A program made the translations under genes and the position numbers. 64,000 bases of DNA, taken from the NCBI RefSeq assembly GCF_044647545.1, contig NZ_CP172818.1, one strand, 5' to 3'. Origin of the DNA: Escherichia coli. GTDB taxonomy: Bacteria; Pseudomonadota; Gammaproteobacteria; Enterobacterales; Enterobacteriaceae. Of this stretch, positions 35,101 through 46,266 are shown piece by piece; position 1 is the first letter of the stretch, and each line of letters starts with the position of its first letter. The notes beneath the pieces are model-generated. The model was not told the origin of the DNA. It was given only the letters and a program-made list of their open reading frames with translations, and did no database searches.

Positions 35101-35705
35101 CGGGCGCGATGAGCATCAATTTCGGCCTGCGGCATGAGATCAAGAATAGTGTCATCGGCCAGCGGGACAATTTTATTGATTTCGTGGGACGTGCGGAAAC
35201 CATCAAAGAAATGAATAAATGGCACGCGGCTCTTCAGCGTTGCGATGTGCGAAATGAGAGCAAAGTCTTGCGCTTCCTGGACGTTAGCCGCACACAACAT
35301 CGCGCAACCCGTCTGGCGCACCGCCATAACGTCGGAATGATCGCCAAAAATAGAGAGTGCATGTGTGGCAACGGTACGTGCCGCTACATGCAGGACAAAT
35401 GGCGTCAGTTCGCCTGCCAGTTTGTACAGCGTCGGGATCATCAGCAGCAAACCCTGCGATGACGTAAACGATGTTGAAAGGGCACCCGTCTGCAAAGCGC
35501 CATGCACGGTAGCGATAGCACCCGCTTCCGACTGCATTTCAACCACGCGTGGTGTGTCTCCCCAAACGTTCTTCAAGCCGTTTCCGGCCCAGGCATCAGC
35601 CTGTTCTGCCATCGTGGAACTGGGGGTAATAGGGTAGATGGCGATAACTTCACTGGTGCGAAACGCCACCGAAGCAACCGCGCCATTACCGTCAATAGTA
35701 ATCAT
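32181..35705 (-). CDS. ydbK: Pyruvate:flavodoxin/ferredoxin oxidoreductase
   Basis: 1174 aa; two 4Fe-4S ferredoxin motifs (CTQCNHCVAACP, CTGCNLCVEVCP). Confidence 0.93.
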   Translation of the reverse strand: MITIDGNGAVASVAFRTSEVIAIYPITPSSTMAEQADAWAGNGLKNVWGDTPRVVEMQSEAGAIATVHGALQTGALSTSFTSSQGLLLMIPTLYKLAGELTPFVLHVAARTVATHALSIFGDHSDVMAVRQTGCAMLCAANVQEAQDFALISHIATLKSRVPFIHFFDGFRTSHEINKIVPLADDTILDLMPQAEIDAHRARALNPEHPVIRGTSANPDTYFQSREATNPWYNAVYDHVEQAMNDFAAATGRQYQPFEYYGHPQAERVIILMGSAIGTCEEVVDELLTRGEKVGVLKVRLYRPFSAKHLLQALPGSVRSVAVLDRTKEPGAQAEPLYLDVMTALAEAFNNGERETLPRVIGGRYGLSSKEFGPDCVLAVFAELNAAKPKARFTVGIYDDVTNLSLPLPDNTLPNSAKLEALFYGLGSDGSVSATKNNIKIIGNSTPWYAQGYFVYDSKKAGGLTVSHLRVSEQPIRSAYLIPQADFVGCHQLQFIDKYQMAERLKPGGIFLLNTPYSADEVWSRLPQEVQAVLNQKKARFYVINAAKIARECGLAARINTVMQMAFFHLTQILPGDSALAELQGAIAKSYSSKGQDLVERNWQALALARESVEEVPLQPVNPHSANRPPVVSDAAPDFVKTVTAAMLAGLGDALPVSALPPDGTWPMGTTRWEKRNIAEEIPIWKEELCTQCNHCVAACPHSAIRAKVVPPEAMENAPASLHSLDVKSRDMRGQKYVLQVAPEDCTGCNLCVEVCPAKDRQNPEIKAINMMSRLEHVEEEKINYDFFLNLPEIDRSKLERIDIRTSQLITPLFEYSGACSGCGETPYIKLLTQLYGDRMLIANATGCSSIYGGNLPSTPYTTDANGRGPAWANSLFEDNAEFGLGFRLTVDQHRVRVLRLLDQFADKIPAELLTALKSDATPEIRREQVAALRQQLNDVAEAHELLRDADALVEKSIWLIGGDGWAYDIGFGGLDHVLSLTENVNILVLDTQCYSNTGGQASKATPLGAVTKFGEHGKRKARKDLGVSMMMYGHVYVAQISLGAQLNQTVKAIQEAEAYPGPSLIIAYSPCEEHGYDLALSHDQMRQLTATGFWPLYRFDPRRADEGKLPLALDSRPPSEALEETLLHEQRFRRLNSQQPEVAEQLWKDAAADLQKRYDFLAQMAGKAEKSNTD

Positions 35706-35978
35706 ATGACACCCTTACATTGCGCAAATGAGGGGCGCACGAAATTGCTGCGCGCCCAGTAGTTATCTTTCAATTTTAGCAAATGGCTTTCTTCTGCATT
35801 TTCGCTTTTGTGTCCCCCATATCAGTGTAATGAATGTTTTGATCAAACAGAGGGCAAAAAAATAGCCATAAAAAAGTAAAAATGCGGGGCAACGCGCAGG
35901 ACAGCTCTCGACGCCGCCCTCTGTGCTGCCTATTATTTATGGCGGTGTCGTTTGGCTTGAAGATCAGAGGAAGAAAAG

Positions 35979-36245
35979 ATGCGAGCAGCGTTTTGGGTAG
36001 GGTGTGCCGCTTTATTATTGTCGGCGTGTAGTAGTGAACCTGTTCAGCAGGCGACTGCGGCGCACGTAGCGCCAGGTTTAAAAGCGTCGATGTCCAGTAG
36101 TGGAGAAGCAAATTGTGCAATGATCGGCGGTTCGCTTTCTGTTGCCCGTCAACTGGATGGTACGGCGATTGGGATGTGTGCATTACCCAACGGCAAACGC
36201 TGTAGCGAACAGTCACTTGCCGCCGGGAGCTGTGGCAGCTATTAA
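35979..36245 (+). CDS. ydbJ: Small lipoprotein YdbJ
   Basis: 88 aa; lipobox LLSAC. Confidence 0.8.
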   Translation: MRAAFWVGCAALLLSACSSEPVQQATAAHVAPGLKASMSSSGEANCAMIGGSLSVARQLDGTAIGMCALPNGKRCSEQSLAAGSCGSY

Positions 36246-36664
36246 TTCATTAAATCCGCCAGCTTATAAGTTAATGTCTGTTTCGCGGTCGCCAGCGTTA
36301 ACTGGTTCGCGGTCAGATCCACTTGTGCACCTTCTTTCAGCATTTCGCTAATGGTGTTATCGAGTTCATTAAGCTGTGGGTTGGCGCACATCATACGGGT
36401 CATTGCCAGTCCTTTGGCTGTCAGTTCACCATTAGACAGTTTGCCTTCACCGCTAAAGCGGTTACACATGCTGCCGGAAATCATCATTTTTTCACCAAAG
36501 CTGATTTCTGGCGGATTTTTATCGCTGGTCACGGGCTTACCGTTTACGCTTTCCAGCACAAAGCGATGATGCTGTAGCTGTTCTGGGGTTACAGCAATTT
36601 TGTCATTACTTACACATCCCGCCATCAGCAGGCTTAGCGCAACAAACGCGGCTACTTTCTTCAT
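36242..36664 (-). CDS. hslJ: Heat-shock lipoprotein HslJ
   Basis: 140 aa from internal ATG (MKKVAAF...); lipobox MAGC. Confidence 0.88.
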   Translation of the reverse strand: MKKVAAFVALSLLMAGCVSNDKIAVTPEQLQHHRFVLESVNGKPVTSDKNPPEISFGEKMMISGSMCNRFSGEGKLSNGELTAKGLAMTRMMCANPQLNELDNTISEMLKEGAQVDLTANQLTLATAKQTLTYKLADLMN

Positions 36665-36774
36665 TGTGGTTCTCAATTACAGTTTCTGACTCAGGGCTAT
36701 TTTAAGAATAGAGGATGAAAGGTCTTTGGGGATTATCTGAATAAGCTCCCCTGGAATGCAGGGGAGCGGCAAGA

Positions 36775-37764
36775 TTAAACCAGTTCGTTCGGGCAGGTTT
36801 CGCCTTTTTCCAGATTGCTTAAGTTTTGCAGCGTAGTCTGAGAAATACTGGTCAGAGCTTCTGCTGTCAGGAATGCCTGATGCCCGGTAAACAGCACGTT
36901 GTGGCAGGCAGACAGGCGACGGAATACGTCATCCTGAATTACGTCGTTGGATTTATCTTCAAAGAAAAGATCGCGTTCGTTCTCATACACGTCCATACCC
37001 AACGAACCAATTTTCTGATTTTTCAGCGCTTCAATTGCTGCCTGAGAATCAATCAATGCACCGCGACTGGTATTGACGATCATCACGCCATTTTTCATCT
37101 GTTCGAAGGCAGCTTCGTTCAACAGATGATAGTTTTCCGGTGTCAGCGGGCAGTGCAGAGAGATAACGTCTGATTCAGAGAACAGGGTTGGCAGATCGAC
37201 ATACTCCACACCGAGTTCCAGTGCCGCCGCACTTGGATACGGATCGAACGCCAGCAGACGCATACCAAAACCTTTCAGAATGCGCAGCATCGCCACACCG
37301 ATTTTGCCGGTACCGATAACGCCTGCCGTTTTGCCATACATAGTAAAGCCGGTCAGACCTTCCAGAGAGAAGTTGGCGTCACGGGTACGCTGATACGCGC
37401 GGTGAATACGGCGGTTCAGCGTCATCATCATACCGATGGCATGTTCAGCAACGGCTTCTGGATCATAGGCTGGAACACGGACTACTTTCAGCCCCAGTTC
37501 TTTTGCCGCGTCAAGGTCGACGTTATTGAAACCGGCACAGCGCAGGGCGATATATTTAACGCCGTGCTTTTTCAGCTCTTCCAGCACCGGGCGGCTGCCG
37601 TCATCGTTTACGAAAATACATACCGCTTCGCAGCCATTGGCAGTTTTAGCGGTTTTTTCCGTCAGCAGAAAGTCAAAAAATTCCAGCTCAAAGCCAAAGG
37701 ACTCGTTCACCTGTTGCAGGTACTTCTTGTCGTACTGTTTTGTGCTATAAACGGCGAGTTTCAT
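36775..37764 (-). CDS. ldhA: Fermentative D-lactate dehydrogenase
   Basis: 329 aa; NAD-binding GVIGTGKIG. Confidence 0.93.
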   Translation of the reverse strand: MKLAVYSTKQYDKKYLQQVNESFGFELEFFDFLLTEKTAKTANGCEAVCIFVNDDGSRPVLEELKKHGVKYIALRCAGFNNVDLDAAKELGLKVVRVPAYDPEAVAEHAIGMMMTLNRRIHRAYQRTRDANFSLEGLTGFTMYGKTAGVIGTGKIGVAMLRILKGFGMRLLAFDPYPSAAALELGVEYVDLPTLFSESDVISLHCPLTPENYHLLNEAAFEQMKNGVMIVNTSRGALIDSQAAIEALKNQKIGSLGMDVYENERDLFFEDKSNDVIQDDVFRRLSACHNVLFTGHQAFLTAEALTSISQTTLQNLSNLEKGETCPNELV

Positions 37765-37971
37765 AAGACTTTCTCCAGTGATGTTGAATCACATTTAAGC
37801 TACTAAAAATATTTTACAAAATTTCAAATATAATTGAAAGCTATGGCGATATTGAAAAATTCATCAACAACTATGCTTAGTGTAGGCGCAACCTTCAACT
37901 GAACGGTTAAACATGCCACAATACCCGTATTGAATGCTTAATTTTTCGCTAAATCAGGATATTAACTACCC

Positions 37972-40611
37972 ATGCTGGGTAAATATAAAGCCGTTCTCGC
38001 GCTGTTATTACTGATTATTCTTGTGCCGTTGACGCTGCTGATGACGCTCGGGCTGTGGGTTCCTACGCTGGCGGGCATCTGGCTACCGCTCGGGACACGT
38101 ATTGCATTAGATGAAAGCCCACGCATTACGCGTAAAGGTTTAATCATTCCCGATCTCCGTTATCTGGTGGGAGATTGTCAGCTTGCGCATATCACCAACG
38201 CCAGCCTTTCACATCCCAGCCGCTGGTTATTGAACGTCGGCACGGTAGAACTTGATTCTGCTTGTCTGGCGAAATTGCCGCAGACGGAGCAATCGCCAGC
38301 CGCTCCAAAAACCCTCGCGCAGTGGCAGGCCATGTTGCCTAACACCTGGATCAATATCGATAAACTGATTTTTTCTCCCTGGCAGGAATGGCAGGGAAAA
38401 CTCTCTCTCGCATTAACCTCCGATATCCAGCAACTGCGTTATCAGGGCGAAAAAGTTAAATTTCAAGGCCAGCTGAAAGGGCAACAACTTACAGTCAGCG
38501 AACTGGATGTCGTCGCGTTTGAAAATCAGCCGCCGGTTAAACTGGTGGGGGAATTTACTATGCCGCTCGTGCCGGATGGACTTCCGGTAAGTGGGCATGC
38601 TACTGCGACGTTAAACTTGCCGCAGGAACCGTCACTGGTGGATGCAGAGCTGGACTGGCAGGAAAATAGCGGGCAATTGATCGTGCTGGCACGGGATAAC
38701 GGCGATCCGTTGCTCGATTTGCCGTGGCAAATTACTCGTCAACAATTGACCGTAAGCGATGGTCGCTGGAGCTGGCCGTATGCAGGTTTTCCTTTGAGTG
38801 GCCGACTGGGTGTCAAAGTCGACAACTGGCAGGCAGGGCTCGAGAACGCTCTGGTCAGCGGACGACTGAGTGTGCTGACCCAGGGGCAAGCGGGTAAGGG
38901 CAACGCGGTGCTTAATTTTGGCCCTGGAAAATTAAGCATGGATAACAGCCAGCTGCCTATGCAGCTGACCGGTGAAGCGAAACAGGCGGATCTCATTTTA
39001 TACGCCCGCTTACCTGCGCAGCTAAGCGGAAGTCTGACTGACCCAACGCTGGCCTTTGAGCCAGGCGCGTTATTACGTTCGAAGGGAAGAGTCATCGATT
39101 CGCTGGACATCGATGAAATCCGCTGGCCTTTAGCGGGTGTAAAAGTCACCCAACGTGGTGTTGACGGACGTTTGCAGGCCATTTTGCAGGCGCATGAAAA
39201 TGAACTGGGCGATTTCGTGCTGCATATGGATGGACTGGCGAATGATTTTCTCCCTGACGCTGGCCGCTGGCAGTGGCGCTACTGGGGAAAAGGCAGTTTT
39301 ACACCGATGAATGCCACCTGGGATGTCGCAGGAAAGGGTGAGTGGCATGACAGCACGATTACGCTGACCGATCTCTCCACCGGTTTCGACCAGTTACAAT
39401 ACGGTACGATGACGGTTGAAAAGCCGCGACTAATTCTCGACAAGCCCGTCGTCTGGGTACGTGACGCACAGCATCCCTCCTTTAGCGGCGCGCTGTCACT
39501 GGACGCCGGGCAAACGCTGTTCACTGGCGGCAGTGTGTTACCGCCATCAACCTTAAAATTTAGCGTCGATGGACGCGATCCGACGTATTTCCTCTTTAAA
39601 GGCGATTTACATGCTGGTGAGATTGGCCCGGTTCGGGTAAATGGTCGCTGGGACGGTATTCGTCTGCGCGGTAACGCCTGGTGGCCTAAACAATCACTGA
39701 CCGTATTCCAGCCGCTGGTGCCACCCGACTGGAAGATGAACTTACGCGATGGCGAACTATATGCCCAGGTCGCATTTTCTGCTGCGCCTGAACAAGGATT
39801 CCGCGCGGGAGGGCACGGTGTGTTGAAAGGCGGTAGTGCCTGGATGCCAGATAATCAGGTTAACGGTGTCGATTTTGTCCTGCCTTTCCGTTTTGCCGAT
39901 GGAGCCTGGCATCTGGGGACTCGCGGCCCCGTTACGTTGCGAATTGCCGAAGTGATTAATCTGGTGACAGCGAAAAATATTACGGCTGATTTGCAAGGTC
40001 GTTATCCGTGGACTGAAGAAGAACCATTGCTGTTGACTGATGTTAGCGTTGATGTGTTAGGCGGTAACGTACTGATGAAACAATTACGTATGCCGCAACA
40101 TGACCCGGCGCTGTTGCGGCTGAATAATCTTTCCTCCAGCGAACTGGTTAGCGCCGTCAATCCGAAACAATTCGCCATGTCCGGGGCATTTAGTGGTGCA
40201 TTGCCGTTATGGCTAAACAACGAAAAATGGATAGTGAAAGATGGTTGGCTGGCAAATAGCGGGCCAATGACCTTGCGGCTGGATAAAGACACCGCAGATG
40301 CGGTGGTGAAAGACAATATGACTGCGGGTTCAGCAATTAACTGGTTGCGCTATATGGAAATTAGCCGTTCATCGACAAAAATTAATTTAGATAATCTCGG
40401 TTTATTAACCATGCAGGCCAACATTACAGGTACCAGTCGCGTTGATGGTAAAAGCGGTACGGTAAATCTTAATTACCATCATGAAGAGAATATTTTTACG
40501 CTGTGGCGCAGTTTACGCTTTGGCGATAATCTCCAGGCATGGTTGGAGCAGAACGCACGTCTGCCGGGAAATGACTGTCCGCAAGGAAAAGAGTGTGAGG
40601 AAAAACAATGA
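37972..40611 (+). CDS. ydbH: AsmA-like large envelope protein YdbH
   Basis: 879 aa; N-terminal TM helix. Confidence 0.9.
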   Translation: MLGKYKAVLALLLLIILVPLTLLMTLGLWVPTLAGIWLPLGTRIALDESPRITRKGLIIPDLRYLVGDCQLAHITNASLSHPSRWLLNVGTVELDSACLAKLPQTEQSPAAPKTLAQWQAMLPNTWINIDKLIFSPWQEWQGKLSLALTSDIQQLRYQGEKVKFQGQLKGQQLTVSELDVVAFENQPPVKLVGEFTMPLVPDGLPVSGHATATLNLPQEPSLVDAELDWQENSGQLIVLARDNGDPLLDLPWQITRQQLTVSDGRWSWPYAGFPLSGRLGVKVDNWQAGLENALVSGRLSVLTQGQAGKGNAVLNFGPGKLSMDNSQLPMQLTGEAKQADLILYARLPAQLSGSLTDPTLAFEPGALLRSKGRVIDSLDIDEIRWPLAGVKVTQRGVDGRLQAILQAHENELGDFVLHMDGLANDFLPDAGRWQWRYWGKGSFTPMNATWDVAGKGEWHDSTITLTDLSTGFDQLQYGTMTVEKPRLILDKPVVWVRDAQHPSFSGALSLDAGQTLFTGGSVLPPSTLKFSVDGRDPTYFLFKGDLHAGEIGPVRVNGRWDGIRLRGNAWWPKQSLTVFQPLVPPDWKMNLRDGELYAQVAFSAAPEQGFRAGGHGVLKGGSAWMPDNQVNGVDFVLPFRFADGAWHLGTRGPVTLRIAEVINLVTAKNITADLQGRYPWTEEEPLLLTDVSVDVLGGNVLMKQLRMPQHDPALLRLNNLSSSELVSAVNPKQFAMSGAFSGALPLWLNNEKWIVKDGWLANSGPMTLRLDKDTADAVVKDNMTAGSAINWLRYMEISRSSTKINLDNLGLLTMQANITGTSRVDGKSGTVNLNYHHEENIFTLWRSLRFGDNLQAWLEQNARLPGNDCPQGKECEEKQ

Positions 40612-40793
40612 AAATTTTACTGGCTGCGTTGACGTCATCTTTTATGCTGGTTGGCTGTACGCCTCGCATTGAAGTCGCTGCCCCTAAGGAACCGATCACT
40701 ATCAATATGAACGTTAAAATTGAGCATGAGATCATCATCAAGGCAGACAAAGATGTCGAAGAGCTGCTTGAAACTCGTAGCGATCTTTTCTGA
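40608..40793 (+). CDS. ynbE: Small lipoprotein YnbE
   Basis: 61 aa; lipobox LVGC; ATG overlaps ydbH stop (ATGA). Confidence 0.8.
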   Translation: MKILLAALTSSFMLVGCTPRIEVAAPKEPITINMNVKIEHEIIIKADKDVEELLETRSDLF

Positions 40794-40800
40794 GGCGATG

Positions 40801-41127
40801 ATGAAGAAAACATTACTTCTTTGTGCGTTTCTTGTTGGGCTGGTAAGCAGCAATGTAATGGCATTGACTCTGGATGAAGCCAGAACTCAGGGGCGGGTAG
40901 GTGAAACATTTTATGGTTATCTGGTTGCGCTGAAAACAGATGCTGAAACAGAGAAATTAGTAAACGACATTAATGCCGAACGTAAAGCGAGTTACCAACA
41001 ACTGGCAAAGCAAAATAATGTGTCGGTAGATGATATCGCGAAACTCGCCGGGCAAAAGCTCGTAGCTCGGGCCAAACCGGGGGAATATGTACAAGGGATA
41101 AACGGTAAATGGGTGCGAAAATTTTAA
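40801..41127 (+). CDS. ydbL: Periplasmic protein YdbL
   Basis: 108 aa with signal peptide (MKKTLLLCAFLVGLVSSNVMA). Confidence 0.8.
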   Translation: MKKTLLLCAFLVGLVSSNVMALTLDEARTQGRVGETFYGYLVALKTDAETEKLVNDINAERKASYQQLAKQNNVSVDDIAKLAGQKLVARAKPGEYVQGINGKWVRKF

Positions 41128-41297
41128 TAGCAAAACCGCACTATCGGGATAACGCTACAGGAGAAGGCGATTAATCTATTTTCCGGAAACAAGATGATTA
41201 TTCAAAAACTCCTGTCAAATTGCCTTTCGCCCTGAAAATGAATAGTCAAATATCTGTTTTAACTAATTAGCGTTGCTGTACATGCAACGCTAATTAG

Positions 41298-42203
41298 TTA
41301 GCGGAATTTACGTCGATACTCGCCTGGCGTCATCCCAAAGCGTTGCTTAAATACCGTTGAAAAATGACTCTGGTCGGAAAATCCCCAATGAAAGCCAATG
41401 CCTGCCAGTTTTTCATCATCTGCGGCATGGCGAATCGCATCTGCACAAAAATCGAGACGACGGTTACGGATATATTGCGCGACTACCAAACCTTTATCGG
41501 CAAACATTCGGTACAAACTACGTACTGACATACCTGTCTCTCCGGCTATCCACTCCGGGCGTAATATCTCTTCGCGAATATTATCGTCTATCAACGTAAC
41601 CACTTTTTGAAACTGACGTTCACGACGAGGTTGAACAGATTCCCGCTGATGAAGTACCGGGCGCAGCAGACACACCATCGCCTGTAGCGCAGCTTCACTT
41701 TCTGTTTCAGAAAGTGCCGGATTATTCATGCTCTCCTGTAACAGGCGATGACTGAGTTGCACCATGGGTAAGTCAGCGTCCAGTCTTTCTGCGCAGATAG
41801 GTTTTTGATGGGGAAAATATTGTTCCAGCAGAGTGCGTGGCAAAAGTAATGAAATCTGTTTAGAAGACTCCTGCCAGTAAAGCGAACAGGGGCGTGAGGC
41901 ATCGAGTAACGTAATATCGCCAGCGCCAATCTGCACCTGACGCTCATCCTGCTCCATTATTGCCTGACCACTAAGCTGAAAAACGGTGTAAAACCAGGCA
42001 TCGTCGCTGCCTTTTACTTCCTGCCAGGTGCGGGATAAATTCACCCCGCTGGTTGTCACGGTACTCAGCTTTAGTCCTTTGGCAAAATGCGTGTCCAGTA
42101 CACCCGTGTAACGCTCAGTCAGCAGGCGTCCGGTAAAATTTCCGCATACCTGATTGATTTGGGAAAGCCATTGCTGAAACTCATTATCCACTGCGGGGTT
42201 CAT
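41298..42203 (-). CDS. feaR: AraC-family activator FeaR
   Basis: 301 aa; C-terminal AraC HTH; divergent from feaB. Confidence 0.9.
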   Translation of the reverse strand: MNPAVDNEFQQWLSQINQVCGNFTGRLLTERYTGVLDTHFAKGLKLSTVTTSGVNLSRTWQEVKGSDDAWFYTVFQLSGQAIMEQDERQVQIGAGDITLLDASRPCSLYWQESSKQISLLLPRTLLEQYFPHQKPICAERLDADLPMVQLSHRLLQESMNNPALSETESEAALQAMVCLLRPVLHQRESVQPRRERQFQKVVTLIDDNIREEILRPEWIAGETGMSVRSLYRMFADKGLVVAQYIRNRRLDFCADAIRHAADDEKLAGIGFHWGFSDQSHFSTVFKQRFGMTPGEYRRKFR

Positions 42204-42435
42204 GGCACGTTTTCGCTCTGTGAAATGTATTTTTATTGTTGCATTTGTGTTGCAATAAACGAAGCTAATGAGCCTGACTATAGGAAATAAGTCTTGTCAG
42301 GCATAGAGACATAAGCGGTTATTGTCACGATTTGCGGAGCTTGTCACAGCTGACAAAGCGAATGTCACAGCGAAAAAAGTGACTTTTCTTGTCGCTGCGT
42401 ACACTGAAATCACACTGGGTAAATAATAAGGAAAA

Positions 42436-43932
42436 GTGATGACAGAGCCGCATGTAGCAGTATTAAGCCAGGTCCAACAGTTTCTCGATCGTCAACACGG
42501 TCTTTATATTGATGGTCGTCCTGGCCCCGCACAAAGTGAAAAACGGTTGGCGATCTTTGATCCGGCCACCGGGCAAGAAATTGCGTCTACTGCTGATGCC
42601 AACGAAGCGGATGTAGATAACGCAGTCATGTCTGCCTGGCGGGCCTTTGTCTCGCGTCGCTGGGCCGGGCGATTACCCGCAGAGCGTGAACGTATTCTGC
42701 TACGTTTTGCTGATCTGGTGGAGCAGCACAGTGAGGAGCTGGCGCAACTGGAAACCCTGGAGCAAGGCAAGTCAATTGCCATTTCCCGTGCTTTTGAAGT
42801 GGGCTGTACGCTGAACTGGATGCGTTATACCGCCGGGTTAACGACCAAAATCGCGGGTAAAACGCTGGACTTGTCGATTCCCTTACCCCAGGGGGCGCGT
42901 TATCAGGCCTGGACGCGTAAAGAGCCGGTTGGCGTAGTGGCGGGAATTGTGCCATGGAACTTTCCGTTGATGATTGGTATGTGGAAGGTGATGCCAGCAC
43001 TGGCAGCAGGCTGTTCAATCGTGATTAAGCCTTCGGAAACCACGCCACTGACGATGTTGCGCGTGGCGGAACTGGCCAGCGAGGCTGGTATCCCTGATGG
43101 CGTTTTTAATGTCGTCACCGGGTCAGGTGCTGTATGCGGCGCGGCCCTGACGTCACATCCTCATGTTGCGAAAATCAGTTTTACCGGTTCAACCGCGACG
43201 GGAAAAGGTATTGCCAGAACTGCTGCTGATCACTTAACGCGTGTAACGCTGGAACTGGGCGGTAAAAACCCGGCAATTGTATTAAAAGATGCTGATCCGC
43301 AATGGGTTATTGAAGGCTTGATGACCGGAAGCTTCCTGAATCAAGGGCAAGTATGCGCCGCCAGTTCGCGAATTTATATTGAAGCGCCGTTGTTTGACAC
43401 GCTGGTTAGTGGATTTGAGCAGGCGGTAAAATCGTTGCAAGTGGGACCGGGGATGTCACCTGTTGCACAGATTAACCCTTTGGTTTCTCGTGCGCACTGC
43501 GACAAAGTGTGTTCATTCCTCGACGATGCGCAGGCACAGCAAGCAGAGCTGATTCGCGGGTCGAATGGACCACCAGAGGTATTATGTTGCGCCAACGCTA
43601 GTGCGGTAAAATCCCGATGCTAAATTGCGCTTAACTCGTGAAGAGGTGTTTGGTCCGGTGGTAAACCTGGTGCGAGTAAGCGGTGGAAGAGGCGTTACAA
43701 CTGGCAAACGACACGGAATATGGCTTAACTGCCAGTGTCTGGACGCAAAATCTCTCCAGGCTCTGGAATATAGCGATCGCTTACAGGCAGGGACGGTGTG
43801 GGTAAACAGCCATACCTTGATTGACGCTAACTACCGTTTGGTGGGATGAAGCAGTCAGGAACGGGCCGTGATTTTGGCCCCGACTGGCTGGACGGTTGGT
43901 GTGAAACTAAGTCGGTGTGTGTACGGTATTAA
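42436..43932 (+). pseudogene. feaB: Phenylacetaldehyde dehydrogenase, 3' part frame-disrupted here
   Basis: Aldehyde dehydrogenase ORF stops at 43623 (395 aa); homologous sequence continues in another frame (43625..43849). Confidence 0.75.
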
Positions 43933-43952
43933 TATTGGTTCGCTAATTAAGT

Positions 43953-43979
43953 AAAAAACGGCACCTGGTGCCGTTTTTT
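43953..43979. terminator. Bidirectional rho-independent terminator between convergent feaB and tynA
   Basis: aaaaaacggcacctggtgccgtttttt (A-run, hairpin, T-run). Confidence 0.55.
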
Positions 43980-43991
43980 GTCTGAAAACAA

Positions 43992-46266
43992 TCACTTATC
44001 TTTCTTCAGCGCCCCTAGCGTTGGCGTTTCATAAAGAAGTTCCATGGTTTAAGCAGAGTATGTACCCATTCGGTCGGCATAATCGGCCACTCTTCAGCAC
44101 GGGCCACATGTGTGGTGCCGGTGGGTCATCCAGACAACGGCGTCGGTGTTGTCCAGCGACTCGTTATCTTTACTGTATTGTCCAAGACCGGTGTCATCAG
44201 TAGAACGGTTCAGGATATTTGCCTTCCGGGAAACGCTCGCCAGGATGATAACGCGTTACCCAGAAAGCTGCTTTGTCCATAAAGCTTAAACGATGATAGA
44301 TCCACTCATCCCAGGCGCCACTGGGCACCTTTTGCTACCGGGTGAGTACCGCCTGCATAAGGAATAATTTGATAGGAAACTGGATTGCCCATGCGGTTCT
44401 CTTTGTTGCGGGTTACTCAACAGACGAATCATGCCCCGGATCAAACTACGGCATCCTGTTCATTGCCGATGTTGTACTGATTAACTTGCATCAAGGTACT
44501 GGTGCGTCGGCCACCGGCAGTATTCGGTTTCCACTGGGTCCATCGCCACCAGGCTGTTATTCTCGCCATCTACATAAGGAATCGAGGCAGAAATTATCGA
44601 TCTGTTTGGTGTCAGTACCCACGATACTGTGATCGATAAGCGTGCCGTAGCGCGTGTCATCTTTCGCCGTCTCATCGTGCATGGTTTTCGCTTTAACACC
44701 TTTCACCGCTTCGATGCCCGTAGCACCGGCATCAATGCCAATAGTGCCGTTTTCATGGAAGATCCAGTCAAAATGTAGTCATAGTTACCCACTGTACTGA
44801 TCCAGCGCACCACTGACTCCCAGCATTCAGGTACTGACGTTGGGCTGGCCCATTTCCTGATGCTTATACTCCGGCCCGGCATAACGTTTCAAATACCGCG
44901 ATAGCGCGAGGATCTCCATCGGCACGCCAGTGTAGTCGGCGATGGTTTCATTAAGGAGCACTGCGTTAGACGGGGCATCTTTACCACGGCGAAATTGGTG
45001 AGGTTAGCGTGCCCATACCGTAGTCACCAGAGTCCAGATACGCTTTAAAGTACCAGCCAATATCCAGGATCACCGTAAGGCACAATAATGTCGCCGAGGA
45101 GAACCTTCGTGCATGACTTTGCGTTTGGTGCCGATATTGGTATATAGTCACGGTGGAGATCATAGGCCCGACGCGAGAGTTCATGCTGAGGTGAAAATCC
45201 CAGTTCCGCCAGTGAATAGTATCTCGCCAGTAATGGTGTAATTTTTACCTTCAGGCTCAATGATTTGCATAGGCTTGACTGCCGGAGCAACGCGGTCACG
45301 GCTATCAAATGGGCGTGCGGTCATTCACACGGAACTCCGGACCTTCTTCAATCTTAACGATTTTTTTCTGTTTCTGATCAACGACCGCCACCAGGTTTTC
45401 GATGGGATGTGCCCAGTAGTTCCATCGCCGACAGTCAAGATAGCTGATGACTTTGAGCAACCGGGCATCTTGTTTCAGGCCATCTTTACCATCGAAATAA
45501 CCTACGGTCAGCGGCGTGGTAATCACTTTTTTCGCATCAGTAATACCGCGTTTCTTCACGGCAGCGGCAAATTCTTCACTGTTGTTAATAATGTTCTGCA
45601 CACTGGCGAAATCATCCAGCAACACCATACCCGTGGCGTGTTTAATGGGTTCCAGGAGAGCAGTTTGTTGTTTTGCAGATCCACCACCGCTTCGATGATA
45701 TGTTTGCCGTCGAGCATAATGACGTCGGCTTTGCGCGGCTGGTCAACCGGTTTGTTTTCCAGCGCAAACGCCCAGACAGCTTCTTTATCTGGCGGTAGCA
45801 GGAGATCTCAGTAAAACAGGGTATTGGGTTTGAAGTCCCGCGGAAGCTTTAACAATTTCAACGGCCTGTTTAATTTCGTACCACAGTTCACGCATTAAGT
45901 GGGTGAGGGCGCTTTTATTACCTGAAAGGTTTGATCCAGACCGGACTGGAAAACATCGTTAATAAAGGTGTCGCAAAACCCAGGCCTTATTGTCTTTCAT
46001 ACGCTCCCGGCACTTGCAGTGCCAAGGTAGCCATTAACAATTGCTGTTTTGCGCACCAGGCTTCACTTTCACGTACGCGCCATCTTTAATCAGGGTAAAG
46101 ATCTGGGCGTAGTCGTCCCACTGCACATCGGCACCAAATTCTTTAAGCGTTTCATCCATTGGCACCATATGCGCTTCACCACCGTGGGCAAATACCGGCG
46201 CTTGCCAGGCGAAACTTAAGGCGACTGCCAACGCCAGGGTTGTTTTACGGGCAGAATCCGGAGAAA
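43992..46266 (-). pseudogene. tynA: Copper amine oxidase, heavily frame-disrupted here
   Basis: C-terminus GALKKDK at 43992; recognisable TynA-like fragments in ORFs 44481..44699, 44981..45184, 45305..45628, 46034..46315 in different frames. Confidence 0.7.
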
